Part shown: positions 1 to 9,642 of the stretch, one piece after another
Position numbering within the stretch: position 1 is the stretch's first letter
How the letters are laid out: each line of letters starts with the position of its first letter
Assembly: GCA_965197305.1 (NCBI GenBank)
Contig: CBDAMS010000013.1
Span: forward strand, 1,199,121 to 1,263,120
Source: Candidatus Acidiferrales bacterium
Lineage (GTDB): Bacteria; Acidobacteriota; Terriglobia; Acidiferrales; UBA7541
DNA: 64,000 bases
Reading direction: 5' to 3'
Position numbers and translations under genes: made by a program
Notes under the pieces: generated by a model
What the model was told of the DNA's origin: nothing
What the model saw: only the letters and a program-made list of their open reading frames with translations
The model's database searches: none

Positions 1-905
1 CAAGACGCATACTGTCCAGAAACCGAAATGTGAATTGAACCGGGGACGTGCCCCGCGCCAAATTCCACAGACAAACGGGTGTCCAGGACCATGGTCGCGG
101 TACTTCGATCAGCGATCAGCCGCTCGACCTCCTCCACAGAAAGGGCCGGCAGCGGCGGCAACGCCGCGAGTTCGGCGGCCCCAGCGCGATTGATTTCAAC
201 ATCCAGTGCAAAATAATCCGGGCGCGCCGACAACTCCGCGGTCAGCATGCGGACGAACTCCTCGCGGCTCATCGGTTGCAGCGCGTAATTAAGCGTCCGC
301 TCCTTGCCGATCGTTGAGCGCCGCTCGGAGCTGATGTTGCGTCCGCAAAGGGAACCAGCGCCGTGTGCCGGAAATACCTCGACGCCGTCTGGCAGCTTCA
401 GCAGTTTTTCGTGCAGGCTGTCATAAAGCATGCCGGCCAGTTGCTGCGGCGAAAACTCCGGGGAGAGATCTGGGCGCCCAACGTCGCCAATGAACAAGGT
501 ATCGCCTGTGAGAACGGCCCAAGGATCAGGGGAACGGTCGAGGTCAATCACCAGAACGCAGATGCTCTCTGGTGTGTGACCGGGAGTCTCCAAAAAACGC
601 AATCGGCAGCGACCCAGCCGTATCTCGTCGCCCTCCACAACCCCGTGATGCGCAAATTGTGCACCGCCAGGTTTGCCGATGTGAATGGTAGCGCCGGTGC
701 GCGCGGCCAGTTCGCGATGGCCGGAGACGAAATCGGCATGCAGATGGGTCTCCACGACGTGCGCAATCTGCAAGCCGTGCTGCGCTGCTTCTTCGATATA
801 GATATCGACATCGCGCTGCGGATCTACTACCGCGGCAATTCCTTCGGAGCCGAGCATGTACGAAGCATGCGCCAAGCATGCCAGATAAGATTGGTTGAAG
901 TACAT
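1..905 (-). CDS. MBL-fold metallo-hydrolase fused to a rhodanese-like domain (3' end runs off the left window edge)
   Basis: Not in the ORF track because there is no stop inside the window. My own minus-strand translation from the ATG at 905-903 gives MYFNQSYLACLAHASYMLGSEG... It has the metal motif ETHLHADFVSGH, then PGHTPES, and later VLDTRLSVEFGAGHVPGSIHI, which is typical of rhodanese modules. The + ORFs 48-317 and 363-1127 are antisense shadows. Confidence 0.8.
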   Translation of the reverse strand, partial: MYFNQSYLACLAHASYMLGSEGIAAVVDPQRDVDIYIEEAAQHGLQIAHVVETHLHADFVSGHRELAARTGATIHIGKPGGAQFAHHGVVEGDEIRLGRCRLRFLETPGHTPESICVLVIDLDRSPDPWAVLTGDTLFIGDVGRPDLSPEFSPQQLAGMLYDSLHEKLLKLPDGVEVFPAHGAGSLCGRNISSERRSTIGKERTLNYALQPMSREEFVRMLTAELSARPDYFALDVEINRAGAAELAALPPLPALSVEEVERLIADRSTATMVLDTRLSVEFGAGHVPGSIHISVSGQYAS

Positions 906-1048
906 GAAAGGCTTCCGCGGACAGCTTGCATCAATTCCAATCTAACACAACCAGTTCCTGCGTGTAGTCTGCCTTGTCACTCCATGAGGGATTGCGTAGA
1001 ATCGCGTTCTCTTTCGCGGTTCAGCTGGCAATGGACGAGGAACCGAAA

Positions 1049-2047
1049 ATGGGCAAGCGCATTGCTGCCAAGATTACTGGAGTCGCCGGGTATGTGCCAC
1101 CGCGCGTACTCACCAATGCCGACCTAGAAAAAATGGTGGATACCAGCGACCCATGGATCCAGGAGCGGACCGGTATCCGCGAACGGCACATCGTTGAAAA
1201 AGGCGTGGCGTCCTCGCATTTAGCGACGGCGGCGGCCCAAGCACTTCTGGAGCGGACCCACACCCGACCAGAAGATCTCGATATCATCGTGGTTGCGACC
1301 GTTACCCCCGACATGATGTTTCCGTCCACTGCGTGCCTAGTGCAGAGCCGCATCGGCGCCTCGCGTGCATGGGGCTTTGACCTTTCTGCCGCGTGCGCCG
1401 GATTCGTTTATGCCTTGACGGTCGGGGCACAGTTTGTCGGCGCGGGCACCCACCGTAAGGGGCTGGTCATCGGTAGCGATGTAATGACGTCGATCGTCAA
1501 TTTTGCAGACCGCAACACCTGCGTGCTCTTTGGCGATGGGGCCGGTGCCGTAATCGTTGAACCGGCGGAGTCGGCTGCCGAGGGGATTCTGGATTTTCAC
1601 AACGACATTGACGGATCCGGGGGGGAATTTCTGTTTATGCCAGCAGGCGGATCTCTCCACCCGCCATCCCACGAAACGGTGGACAGCAAGATGCATTACG
1701 TCCATCAAGCAGGCTCTCAGGTATTCAAATATGCGGTACGGAGGATGGCCGAAGTGGCGAGTCATCTTCTGGAACGGAATGGCTATTCGAGCCGAGACCT
1801 GGCGCTGGTGATACCTCATCAGGCGAATCTGCGGATTATTCGCGCCATGCAGGAGCGGCTCGGTATTGAAGACTCGAAGGTCCTGGTGAATATCGACCGT
1901 TTCGGAAACACTACAAGCGGCACTGTCCCTTTGGGGCTACATGAAGCGCTGGCGCAAGGACGCCTCCATAAGGGAGACTTGGTTCTGCTGATTGCCGTCG
2001 GGGCTGGGTACACCACCGGCGGCATACTCATGCGATGGGCTTATTAG
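1049..2047 (+). CDS. fabH: beta-ketoacyl-ACP synthase III (FabH)
   Basis: ORF 974-2047. The sequence KITGVAGYVPPRVLTNADLEKMVDTSDPWIQERTGIRERHI, ...SAACAGFVYAL..., ...IPHQANLRII... and GNTTSGTVPL are FabH hallmarks. I chose the ATG at 1049, preceded by GAGGA, rather than the ORF-track start. Confidence 0.9.
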   Translation: MGKRIAAKITGVAGYVPPRVLTNADLEKMVDTSDPWIQERTGIRERHIVEKGVASSHLATAAAQALLERTHTRPEDLDIIVVATVTPDMMFPSTACLVQSRIGASRAWGFDLSAACAGFVYALTVGAQFVGAGTHRKGLVIGSDVMTSIVNFADRNTCVLFGDGAGAVIVEPAESAAEGILDFHNDIDGSGGEFLFMPAGGSLHPPSHETVDSKMHYVHQAGSQVFKYAVRRMAEVASHLLERNGYSSRDLALVIPHQANLRIIRAMQERLGIEDSKVLVNIDRFGNTTSGTVPLGLHEALAQGRLHKGDLVLLIAVGAGYTTGGILMRWAY

Positions 2048-2049
2048 AT

Positions 2050-2724
2050 TTACGGTCGCACTTCTTGCAATGAGAATGTTGGCCCATCCTGCGCGCGTCG
2101 CGGCTGCGCGGGAAATCCGAGCCAAGCGTTCGCAATTCCGAGCCATTCACGAACGACATCGAGTGCGTCTCGCGTGTTCCGCCACCAGTGTCCGGCGTCA
2201 AATTTATCGTCCCTGACATATCGGATGATGAGCTGCGGGGCCTCGCCGACGAGCCGATGCCAGACAAGGCGCACGCGGCGCGTGTGCGGTTTCGAGGTTA
2301 CGACGATGATCTTGCGGGCCTGGTCGCGGCGGCTATCGCGCACAATGGCCTGCACTTCTTCCTCGGTATTGGCTGAGGGTCCTTGAACCAGGCGGATGGC
2401 GTCGGAGGGCACGCCTTGGGCCATCAAAACTCGCTGATTGTAAAAATCTTCGCCCACGAAAGCGATATTCATCTGTGCCATCTCAACGGCCGGGCTGACA
2501 GGCTGCGAGACCCAGACCTGCGCTGCGGCGTTCTGATGATAGAGGCGGGCTGCTTCGAGGGCGTGATCCGGCATGCCACCGCTGAGTACGACAATCGCGT
2601 GCGCCGTCATCAGCGGATCCTCAACTACGAGCCATTCGCCCAATTGCAAAAAGACCCAAGCCCCTGCGCCTACGAAAAGTGCCAGGATACTGAGATAGAC
2701 AATCCATCGTCGTCCCCTGCTCAT
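2050..2724 (-). CDS. DUF218 (YdcF/ElyC-like) membrane-anchored protein
   Basis: N-terminal TM helix (WIVYLSILALFVGAGAWVFL), then VVLSGGMPDHALEAARLY...TEEEV...IIVVTSKPHTRR, typical of the DUF218/YdcF fold. Convergent with fabH, 2 bp apart. Confidence 0.7.
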   Translation of the reverse strand: MSRGRRWIVYLSILALFVGAGAWVFLQLGEWLVVEDPLMTAHAIVVLSGGMPDHALEAARLYHQNAAAQVWVSQPVSPAVEMAQMNIAFVGEDFYNQRVLMAQGVPSDAIRLVQGPSANTEEEVQAIVRDSRRDQARKIIVVTSKPHTRRVRLVWHRLVGEAPQLIIRYVRDDKFDAGHWWRNTRDALDVVREWLGIANAWLGFPAQPRRAQDGPTFSLQEVRP

Positions 2725-3051
2725 TGTTCTCTCAGGTGCTCCTTTTTTGATGTGGTGAAAGTCGGATCTCGCTGATGAGAACGTCGAGTTTCACCGCGAC
2801 GGTGGAGCAAGCAACGACAGATCAGGTAGTGGCGAGTGTCTCCCATCACGCGAGCGTCGAAATGCTAACCCGTGGCCGGCCATGGGTCAATCAGCTGTAC
2901 TCGATAGATTAGAAACACCCGGTTTAATTACGTCTAGCCAGTTGCCGTCGTGTGCGGTGTTAGAGACGGGTTCTCAGGCTTGCAGTCCCTGGTTGAGCGA
3001 GGATTGACTGCCAAGGGCGCGGCGGGACTTCTTGACATAACGACGCAACGG

Positions 3052-3699
3052 TTAACGACGGCGGCGACCTGTTGGGCGCACGAAGTCGCGGTCTCCAGCC
3101 GCGGAATTCCGACGAATGATGATCGCATCCGCCTCCGCATCCGTGGTCCCGCGATTGATCTCCGCGAGGAGTTGGTTCTGGGTGAGGCTAGCGTTTTGCA
3201 ATGCAGCAAGCTTGGGGCCCGAAAGGCTCGACTGGCCCGCGGCACGGCGTCGAGCAACGGCCAGGATCACCTGATCGGATAGGCGTGCCAAACGCATCGC
3301 CTGGGCCTCACCAGCCCGAAGACCGAGCTGGTTCAGGCGCGCTAGCTCAATCACCGAAGCTTCCTGCATGCCGGCACCGACCAGACCGGCGACAGCCTGG
3401 CCATCTGTAAACTGCCCGTGACGTCCACGCGAAATACGAATCGGTTCAATGCAAGCCTCGTCGCTTACTCCCGTCTGTCGCACGGAAACCAGTTGCTCGA
3501 CTTCAGCATCTGTGACGTCGAGTTCGCGAAGCTTCTCGATGTTGTTGAACCACACGCCCGCTCGGTCGAGCGGCGTCATGTCCGTGCTGCGAAACTTATT
3601 GCAGCCGCTCAAGATCGCGACGGTGATCAGTGCTAGCAACAGCGGCACCGCAGACCGCCGGGAAGGAAACAGATTCAAGGCACTACCCACGGCTCCCAT
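3052..3699 (-). CDS. hypothetical lipoprotein with short helical repeats
   Basis: ATG at 3699. Signal peptide plus lipobox (LLLALITVAILSGC). No family recognised. About four repeats of an L..(V/L)....G(V/M/L)S(D/E) helix-like motif. Confidence 0.5.
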   Translation of the reverse strand: MGAVGSALNLFPSRRSAVPLLLALITVAILSGCNKFRSTDMTPLDRAGVWFNNIEKLRELDVTDAEVEQLVSVRQTGVSDEACIEPIRISRGRHGQFTDGQAVAGLVGAGMQEASVIELARLNQLGLRAGEAQAMRLARLSDQVILAVARRRAAGQSSLSGPKLAALQNASLTQNQLLAEINRGTTDAEADAIIIRRNSAAGDRDFVRPTGRRRR

Positions 3700-3790
3700 T
3701 GTAGCCCGGGGGGCAAGAACCCATGTGCAGGGTGTGCCGCGAGAATCAACGTACTAACGTACTAACGGCCAGGCAGGCCAGGGCTAGCCG

Positions 3791-6022
3791 CTAAACGTGG
3801 AACACCCGTTCGATATCGGAAACACCGGATATGCGTTTAATACTCTTTAGGATACGTTCGAGTTGATCGCGGTCGGTGATGTCCAGGGTTGCTTCGATGC
3901 GCGCTTGCAGATCATCGGGCCTGCTTTCCAGCGACTGAATATTCGCTCCGGTGTCGCTGATGGCACTCGTGATGCTGGCGAGCACACCCGGCCGATCTTT
4001 GGCGCGAACCAGAAGCATCACCGGATAGGTGTCATGCACCGCACCACTCCACTGAACGGCAATGCGCCGCTCCGACTGGTAAAGCAGGTTCTGTACATTG
4101 GGGCAAACGGTATTATGAACGGCCACGCCCCGCCCTCGCGTAACGTATCCAATAATCGGGTCGCCAGGTATGGGATTGCAACACTTGGCCCGATACACCA
4201 TCAAATCGTCCTGGCCCAGTACCAGGATGGCTGGGTCGCGCATCCCGAGCATGCGCTTGACTGTGGAGACCAATGGCGCCGGCTGTTTGTCAGCCTCTCC
4301 AGGTTTGTCCTCAGCAACTCGCCCGGTCAGCTTCGTTAGAAATTGTCGCGCAGAATACTTGCCGTAGCCCAAATCCGCGTACAGGTCTTCGACCCTCGAA
4401 CGACCGTAATCGGCCGCCACGCGCAGGAAATCCTCATCTGAGAATTTCTTCAGGCTCATGCCCAAATGCCGCGCTTCTTTTTCGACCAGCCGCCGGCCGA
4501 CCGCGGTGGCTTGTTCGCGTTCATTGAAGTTGATCCACTGCCGAATCTTTATGCGGGCACGGGACGTCCGGACGAAACTGAGCCAGTCGCGGCTAGGGCC
4601 GTGCCCTTTTTGCGTGAGAATCTCTACCACGTCGCCATTTGACAGCGGACGGCGCAGCGGAACTATTTGCCCATTTACTTTGGCCCCCACACATTGGTGT
4701 CCGACTTCGGTGTGGATGGAATAGGCGAAATCAATCGGCGTGGCGCCGCGGGGCAGCGCCAATACTTTCCCCTTGGGTGTAAACGTATAGACTTCCTCGG
4801 GGTAGAGGTCTACCTTCAACGTCGAAAGAAAGTCCGACGGCTCCTGCATCTCCTGAGCCCACTCGACCAACTGTCGCATCCAGACGATCCGCTGGTCATC
4901 TTCGTCGGAAATTCTGGTGCCATCCTTATACCTCCAGTGCGCGGCCACGCCTTGCTCAGTGATGCGATGCATCTGCTGCGTCCGGATCTGCACCTCAAAC
5001 GGTTGGCCCGCATGGATCACGGTGGTGTGTAGCGATCGGTACAGGTTTGGACGAGGCATGGCGATGTAGTCTTTGAACCGCCCGGGCACGGGACGCCAGA
5101 GCTGATGAATCACACCGAGAGCAGTGTAGCAATTGCGCACCGAGTCGGTGATGATGCGCACGGCAAGCAAATCGTAGACCTGTTCCAGAGTGCGCTTCTG
5201 CCGTTTAGCCTTTTGGTGAATCGAGTAGAGTCGCTTAATGCGCCCTTCGACCCCAGCGGAAAGACCATTTTCCGCCAGGCTCTTGCGAATGGTTTCCTGC
5301 ACCTCCGCCAGGAATTTCTCAAACTCTTTTCTGTGCTCTGCGACGGTTGTCTCCAACTCGTGATAGGCCGTCGGCTCCAAGTGCTTGAAGGCCAGATCTT
5401 CGAGGTCGCCCCGGATCAAGCCCATCCCAAGGCGATGGGCGATGGGCGCGTAGATGTCGAGAGTCTCTCGCGCGATACGTTCCTGTTTTTCCGGAGGCAG
5501 AAAATCGAGCGTACGCATGTTGTGTAGCCGGTCGGCAAGCTTTATCAAAACGACGCGCACATCGTTCACCATCGCCAGAAGCATCTTTCGGACGCTTTCC
5601 ACCTGGCGAACTTCAGGGGAAACCAGCTCGAGGCGGCTGATCTTGGTCACGCCCTCGACCAGGCGAGCGATGTCCGGTCCGAAGCGCGTGGTCATTACCG
5701 CAAGCGGGATGCGCGTGTCTTCGACGACGTCGTGAAGTAACGCGGCACAAAGCGCGGTTACGTCGAGCCGGAGGTCGGCGAGAATGTGCGCAACCTCGAG
5801 CGGGTGCGACAGATACGGCTCGCCAGATTCACGAATCTGCAATTGATGCTGCTCGGCAGCAAATTCGAATGCGCGCCGAAGCAGATCAATGTCCTCGGGG
5901 TGGCTCTGCCCAACCCGTTCCAGCAAGCTTGCAAACCGCGCCTGGAGGCCCCGGTCAGCCCTCGCAGCCTTGCCCACTGCCACCAAGCGCGGCAGAGCAC
6001 TCGATTTCGTCAAATCTGCCAT
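3791..6022 (-). CDS. rel: bifunctional (p)ppGpp synthetase/hydrolase (RelA/SpoT homologue)
   Basis: 743 aa. HD hydrolase motif (HPLEVAHILADL...HDVVEDT), a RelA_SpoT synthetase core (YRSLHTTV...EVQIRT), a TGS region and a C-terminal ACT-like domain. Confidence 0.95.
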   Translation of the reverse strand: MADLTKSSALPRLVAVGKAARADRGLQARFASLLERVGQSHPEDIDLLRRAFEFAAEQHQLQIRESGEPYLSHPLEVAHILADLRLDVTALCAALLHDVVEDTRIPLAVMTTRFGPDIARLVEGVTKISRLELVSPEVRQVESVRKMLLAMVNDVRVVLIKLADRLHNMRTLDFLPPEKQERIARETLDIYAPIAHRLGMGLIRGDLEDLAFKHLEPTAYHELETTVAEHRKEFEKFLAEVQETIRKSLAENGLSAGVEGRIKRLYSIHQKAKRQKRTLEQVYDLLAVRIITDSVRNCYTALGVIHQLWRPVPGRFKDYIAMPRPNLYRSLHTTVIHAGQPFEVQIRTQQMHRITEQGVAAHWRYKDGTRISDEDDQRIVWMRQLVEWAQEMQEPSDFLSTLKVDLYPEEVYTFTPKGKVLALPRGATPIDFAYSIHTEVGHQCVGAKVNGQIVPLRRPLSNGDVVEILTQKGHGPSRDWLSFVRTSRARIKIRQWINFNEREQATAVGRRLVEKEARHLGMSLKKFSDEDFLRVAADYGRSRVEDLYADLGYGKYSARQFLTKLTGRVAEDKPGEADKQPAPLVSTVKRMLGMRDPAILVLGQDDLMVYRAKCCNPIPGDPIIGYVTRGRGVAVHNTVCPNVQNLLYQSERRIAVQWSGAVHDTYPVMLLVRAKDRPGVLASITSAISDTGANIQSLESRPDDLQARIEATLDITDRDQLERILKSIKRISGVSDIERVFHV

Positions 6023-6137
6023 GCTTTAATTGTAGGCCTTAGACGAGGGGGGGGCACCAGCCCGCCGGCTCCGGCGGTAACTGATAAAGCAGATCGCCTA
6101 GTCTGGTGCGCAGAGCCTCTGGATCGATCATAAACGT

Positions 6138-6166
6138 CAGCGCCCCAGAGTGATTCTGGGGCGCTG
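6138..6166 (-). terminator. possible terminator hairpin downstream of the TPR lipoprotein gene
   Basis: Perfect 12-bp stem (CAGCGCCCCAGA / TCTGGGGCGCTG) with a 5-nt loop, 25 nt after the stop at 6191. Only a weak T-tract (TTTAT) follows on the minus strand. Confidence 0.3.
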
Positions 6167-6190
6167 GAATCACAGCCCTGGAAACCCGGA

Positions 6191-7039
6191 TCAGAACTCG
6201 GGCTGTTGTTCGAGGGCTCTCTGCTTGATTTCCTTAACCTGATCTAGCAGATCGTCAGCCTGCTTCTCAATCGACGGACGCATGGCATCGTCGACCATGT
6301 CTGCCTTCTGCCGAAAGAGAAGGCTTTGGTAGGCCATAGCGTCCGCATAATCGAGACGCAGCTGGACAGCCTTCTCGAGCATACTGAGGCCCTCATCGGT
6401 TAATTGACCGTATCGCTCGACAAATTCCCCGCGAAGACTTTCAGGAAGCGGGTCCGTTTCCTTCAACTGTCCGCGCGGATTCTCCGTATTGTATAGCTGT
6501 CGCATCTCTGCGTTTCCGCGATAGGCCAGAGTCCAATTCACGACACCGATCCAGTAATACGGCTCCGGGTCATCGGGCACGAAGCTGATATGTCTCTGGT
6601 GGTATTGCTTCGATTCCTGGAACTTATCCGGATCAAATGGCGTCCCGGCCATCTGGAAAAGAATTGACCCCACTCCGTCAATCGCCGCCAAACTGCTGGG
6701 ATCTCGGGAGAGCACGTCCTGGAACTCGGCAATGGCCTGCTCTCCCTTCCGAATATTCTCATCGGAAGGCGCGCCCGGAATGTATTCCGTAGCGTATGCG
6801 GTCGCCAAGTACAGCCGCGCATTCAGCAGCTCGGGATCTAATTCCTTGGCCTGTTTAAAAGCTTCGATGCTGGCGTCGTATTGGCCATCACTAAATGCGG
6901 CCACGCCCTTATTCAGGAGGTCGCGCGCCTTGAGCTTATTGCAACCGGTCGCGCCAAACAGAACGATCAGCAGACCAAGAAAGGTAATCGTCTTCAAAAA
7001 CCTGCTGTGTGTTTTACAAGTGTGTGCATATACGTTCAT
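6191..7039 (-). CDS. TPR-repeat lipoprotein (last gene of the Ton cluster)
   Basis: Lipobox LFGATGC and TPR-like repeats (GQYDASIEAFKQAKELDPELLNARLYLATAY...). The ORF-track start at 7057 is TTG; I prefer the ATG at 7039. Confidence 0.7.
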   Translation of the reverse strand: MNVYAHTCKTHSRFLKTITFLGLLIVLFGATGCNKLKARDLLNKGVAAFSDGQYDASIEAFKQAKELDPELLNARLYLATAYATEYIPGAPSDENIRKGEQAIAEFQDVLSRDPSSLAAIDGVGSILFQMAGTPFDPDKFQESKQYHQRHISFVPDDPEPYYWIGVVNWTLAYRGNAEMRQLYNTENPRGQLKETDPLPESLRGEFVERYGQLTDEGLSMLEKAVQLRLDYADAMAYQSLLFRQKADMVDDAMRPSIEKQADDLLDQVKEIKQRALEQQPEF

Positions 7040-7129
7040 CGGACATTCCCATCCCAAGCTAAGTTTTCAAGTCTCCCCCGGATAAGGGATTGAGACTCGT
7101 TCTGGCCGTGCCGTGCTGCCTGACCTGCG

Positions 7130-7528
7130 CTATTGTCCGGCTTCGAGATTGGCCGTAATCAGGCCAACATTCTCGACTCCGGAGGCGCGCATAATATCAA
7201 TGGCCTGCGCAACCTGAGCGAAAATAACGGTATCCTCGCCCTTAACAAAGGCCACCTTTTCAGCGCGCAATTTGAAGATATCATTTAGTCGCGTGCCGAG
7301 CGTGTCCCAAGTGGCATCCTCTTCGTTGATCTTCACTTCGTTGTTCTCCAACACCTGGACCACAACGGTCTTAATATCGAGAGCCTCCTGGGTCTGCTGC
7401 TGATCGGGAGGCGATGGTTGCGGCACCAGCGCTTCGAGCCCTTTCGGCGTCAGAGGCGTGATCACCATGAAGATGATGATCAACACCAACAGAATATCGA
7501 TCAGCGGAACGACATTCATGTCCGCCAT
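7130..7528 (-). CDS. exbD: biopolymer transport protein ExbD/TolR
   Basis: MADMNVVPLIDILLVLIIIFMVITP is the canonical ExbD N-terminus. The ATG at 7528 is preceded by GGAGGA 5 nt upstream, so the ORF-track start at 7615 is probably too long. Confidence 0.85.
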   Translation of the reverse strand: MADMNVVPLIDILLVLIIIFMVITPLTPKGLEALVPQPSPPDQQQTQEALDIKTVVVQVLENNEVKINEEDATWDTLGTRLNDIFKLRAEKVAFVKGEDTVIFAQVAQAIDIMRASGVENVGLITANLEAGQ

Positions 7529-7653
7529 CGATCCTCCAGTGTTCCCGCTAACTTGCATTTTGCATTCCCATGTTCGTTCACTCCTTGTGTGTGAGCGCGC
7601 TGTTCTGCCCAACACTTCACTGGGCAGGTGCCGCTCCCGCGAGCACCGCGCGC

Positions 7654-8097
<444 letters not shown>

Positions 8098-8099
8098 GG

Positions 8100-8819
8100 T
8101 TATTTCTTTCCGCTCCGGCGCGTGATGAAGTAATTAACCAACTCCATCGAGGAGTTCTCCATCTCGACGTCGAAAGCTTCAACCTTGTTTATGAAATAGT
8201 TAAAGGCCCAGACTGCCGGTATGGCCACGAGCAAACCAAGCGCTGTGGCCACCAAGGCTTCGGATATGCCGCCGGCTACCGCGGAAAGCCCGGTCGCCTT
8301 CTCGGCTTCAATCCCCTTAAACGCATTGATGATACCGATCACCGTGCCAAACAGACCTACGAAGGGCGCCGTCGAGCCGACCGTCGCAAGACCGCTCAGG
8401 CCGCGTTTCATGTCGGCATGAACGATGGCGATGGAGCGGTCCAGACCGCGCTTGGCCGCTTCCACGATCTCGGCCTCGGTAACTTGAGCGGAAGCCGACT
8501 GAAATTCGGAGAGGCCCGTGGCGACGACTTTAGCAATGTGACTCTTCTTATTGCGCTCGGCGATGGAAATGGCTTCGTCGAGCTTGCCTTCCCGCAGCGC
8601 TCCAGCCACCTGTTGCACGAAGACCCGCGACTGTTTCCGGGCGGCGCTGTACATCAATACCCGGTCGATCATGACTCCCAAAGACCATGCGGACATGATA
8701 AACAGAATTACCACCACCGCCTTGGCAATGAAGCCCATGGCCCCCCACATCGTCCGCAAATCCCACTGTCCCTGCAGCGCCAGGAGATTCAATGCAAACA
8801 CCGCTACGTTCGCAACCAT
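8100..8819 (-). CDS. exbB: MotA/TolQ/ExbB proton-channel protein
   Basis: 239 aa with three TM segments and the conserved C-terminal block GLSGLATVGSTAPFVGLFGTVIGIINAF...ALVATALGLLVAIPA. Confidence 0.85.
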   Translation of the reverse strand: MVANVAVFALNLLALQGQWDLRTMWGAMGFIAKAVVVILFIMSAWSLGVMIDRVLMYSAARKQSRVFVQQVAGALREGKLDEAISIAERNKKSHIAKVVATGLSEFQSASAQVTEAEIVEAAKRGLDRSIAIVHADMKRGLSGLATVGSTAPFVGLFGTVIGIINAFKGIEAEKATGLSAVAGGISEALVATALGLLVAIPAVWAFNYFINKVEAFDVEMENSSMELVNYFITRRSGKK

Positions 8820-8907
8820 AAGGTTTGCTCCTTTTCGCTATTCACACAGTTTCCAGCCGGAGCCTTCCCGCGGTCAACTCCGATCAGATATTCTGCGCCC
8901 AACCGAA

Positions 8908-9636
8908 TCAGCCCAGTACAAAGTTGACGGTGATCGTGGTGTCAACCTCAACAGGCTCACCATTCAGCAGTGTGGGCTGATAGCGCCACCGCCGTACCGC
9001 TGAGAGCGCGGATTGCACCAGCAGCGGGTGACCAGTGACGACCTCCAACTGAGTCACAGTCCCGTCCTTAGCGATGATCGCATGCAACACCACATTCCCC
9101 TGGATACGCGCCTGGCGTGCAAGAGCAGGATAGGAGGGACTCGGCCGGGCGACGATCTTGGCTTCCTGAACGTTTCCACCCAGCTTGATGCGCTGGGGCG
9201 TTGGCGGAGGCGGAGGCGGAGGGGGCGCACCTGTTGCGCCAGCTCCAAGACCACCAAGAATATCCCCGCCCAGGCCGCCGAATATGCCTCCGGCTGGCGC
9301 CGGGGGCTCGGGTGGCAGAGGGGCTTCCTCAAATATGGTAACACTCTTCGGAATGGCACGCGGTTGCGTAAGTACGCCCTGCGTGATCAGGCGCGGCGGC
9401 TGCTTGATTACCACCTGTTCCGGGATTACCTCCGGTGGAGGAGGTGGTGGCGGTGGTGGCGGCGGTGCAATCAAGAGAGTGCTCAGCATCGCCCTCGGCA
9501 ATGCTTGTGTGTAGATCAGCGGAATCAAGACCAAAATCATCAGGACTACAACCTGAAAAATGGTGGAAACGACAACGGCCCAGCCGGTATTGGTCTTCCT
9601 CCCGCCTGCAGTCGATTCCAAAAGCTCGTCAAACAT
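8908..9636 (-). CDS. tonB: TonB-family energy transducer
   Basis: N-terminal TM anchor, two poly-Pro tracts (PPPPPPPPPPPP, PPPPPPPP) and a C-terminal TonB domain (YPALARQARIQGNVVLHAIIAKDGTV...NGEPVEV). Confidence 0.8.
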   Translation of the reverse strand: MFDELLESTAGGRKTNTGWAVVVSTIFQVVVLMILVLIPLIYTQALPRAMLSTLLIAPPPPPPPPPPPEVIPEQVVIKQPPRLITQGVLTQPRAIPKSVTIFEEAPLPPEPPAPAGGIFGGLGGDILGGLGAGATGAPPPPPPPPTPQRIKLGGNVQEAKIVARPSPSYPALARQARIQGNVVLHAIIAKDGTVTQLEVVTGHPLLVQSALSAVRRWRYQPTLLNGEPVEVDTTITVNFVLG

Positions 9637-9642
9637 AATGAA

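Noticed and set aside
9185-9514. GGN/CCN-rich repetitive DNA that looks like a tandem repeat.
   Set aside because: It is explained by the two poly-proline linkers of TonB on the minus strand.
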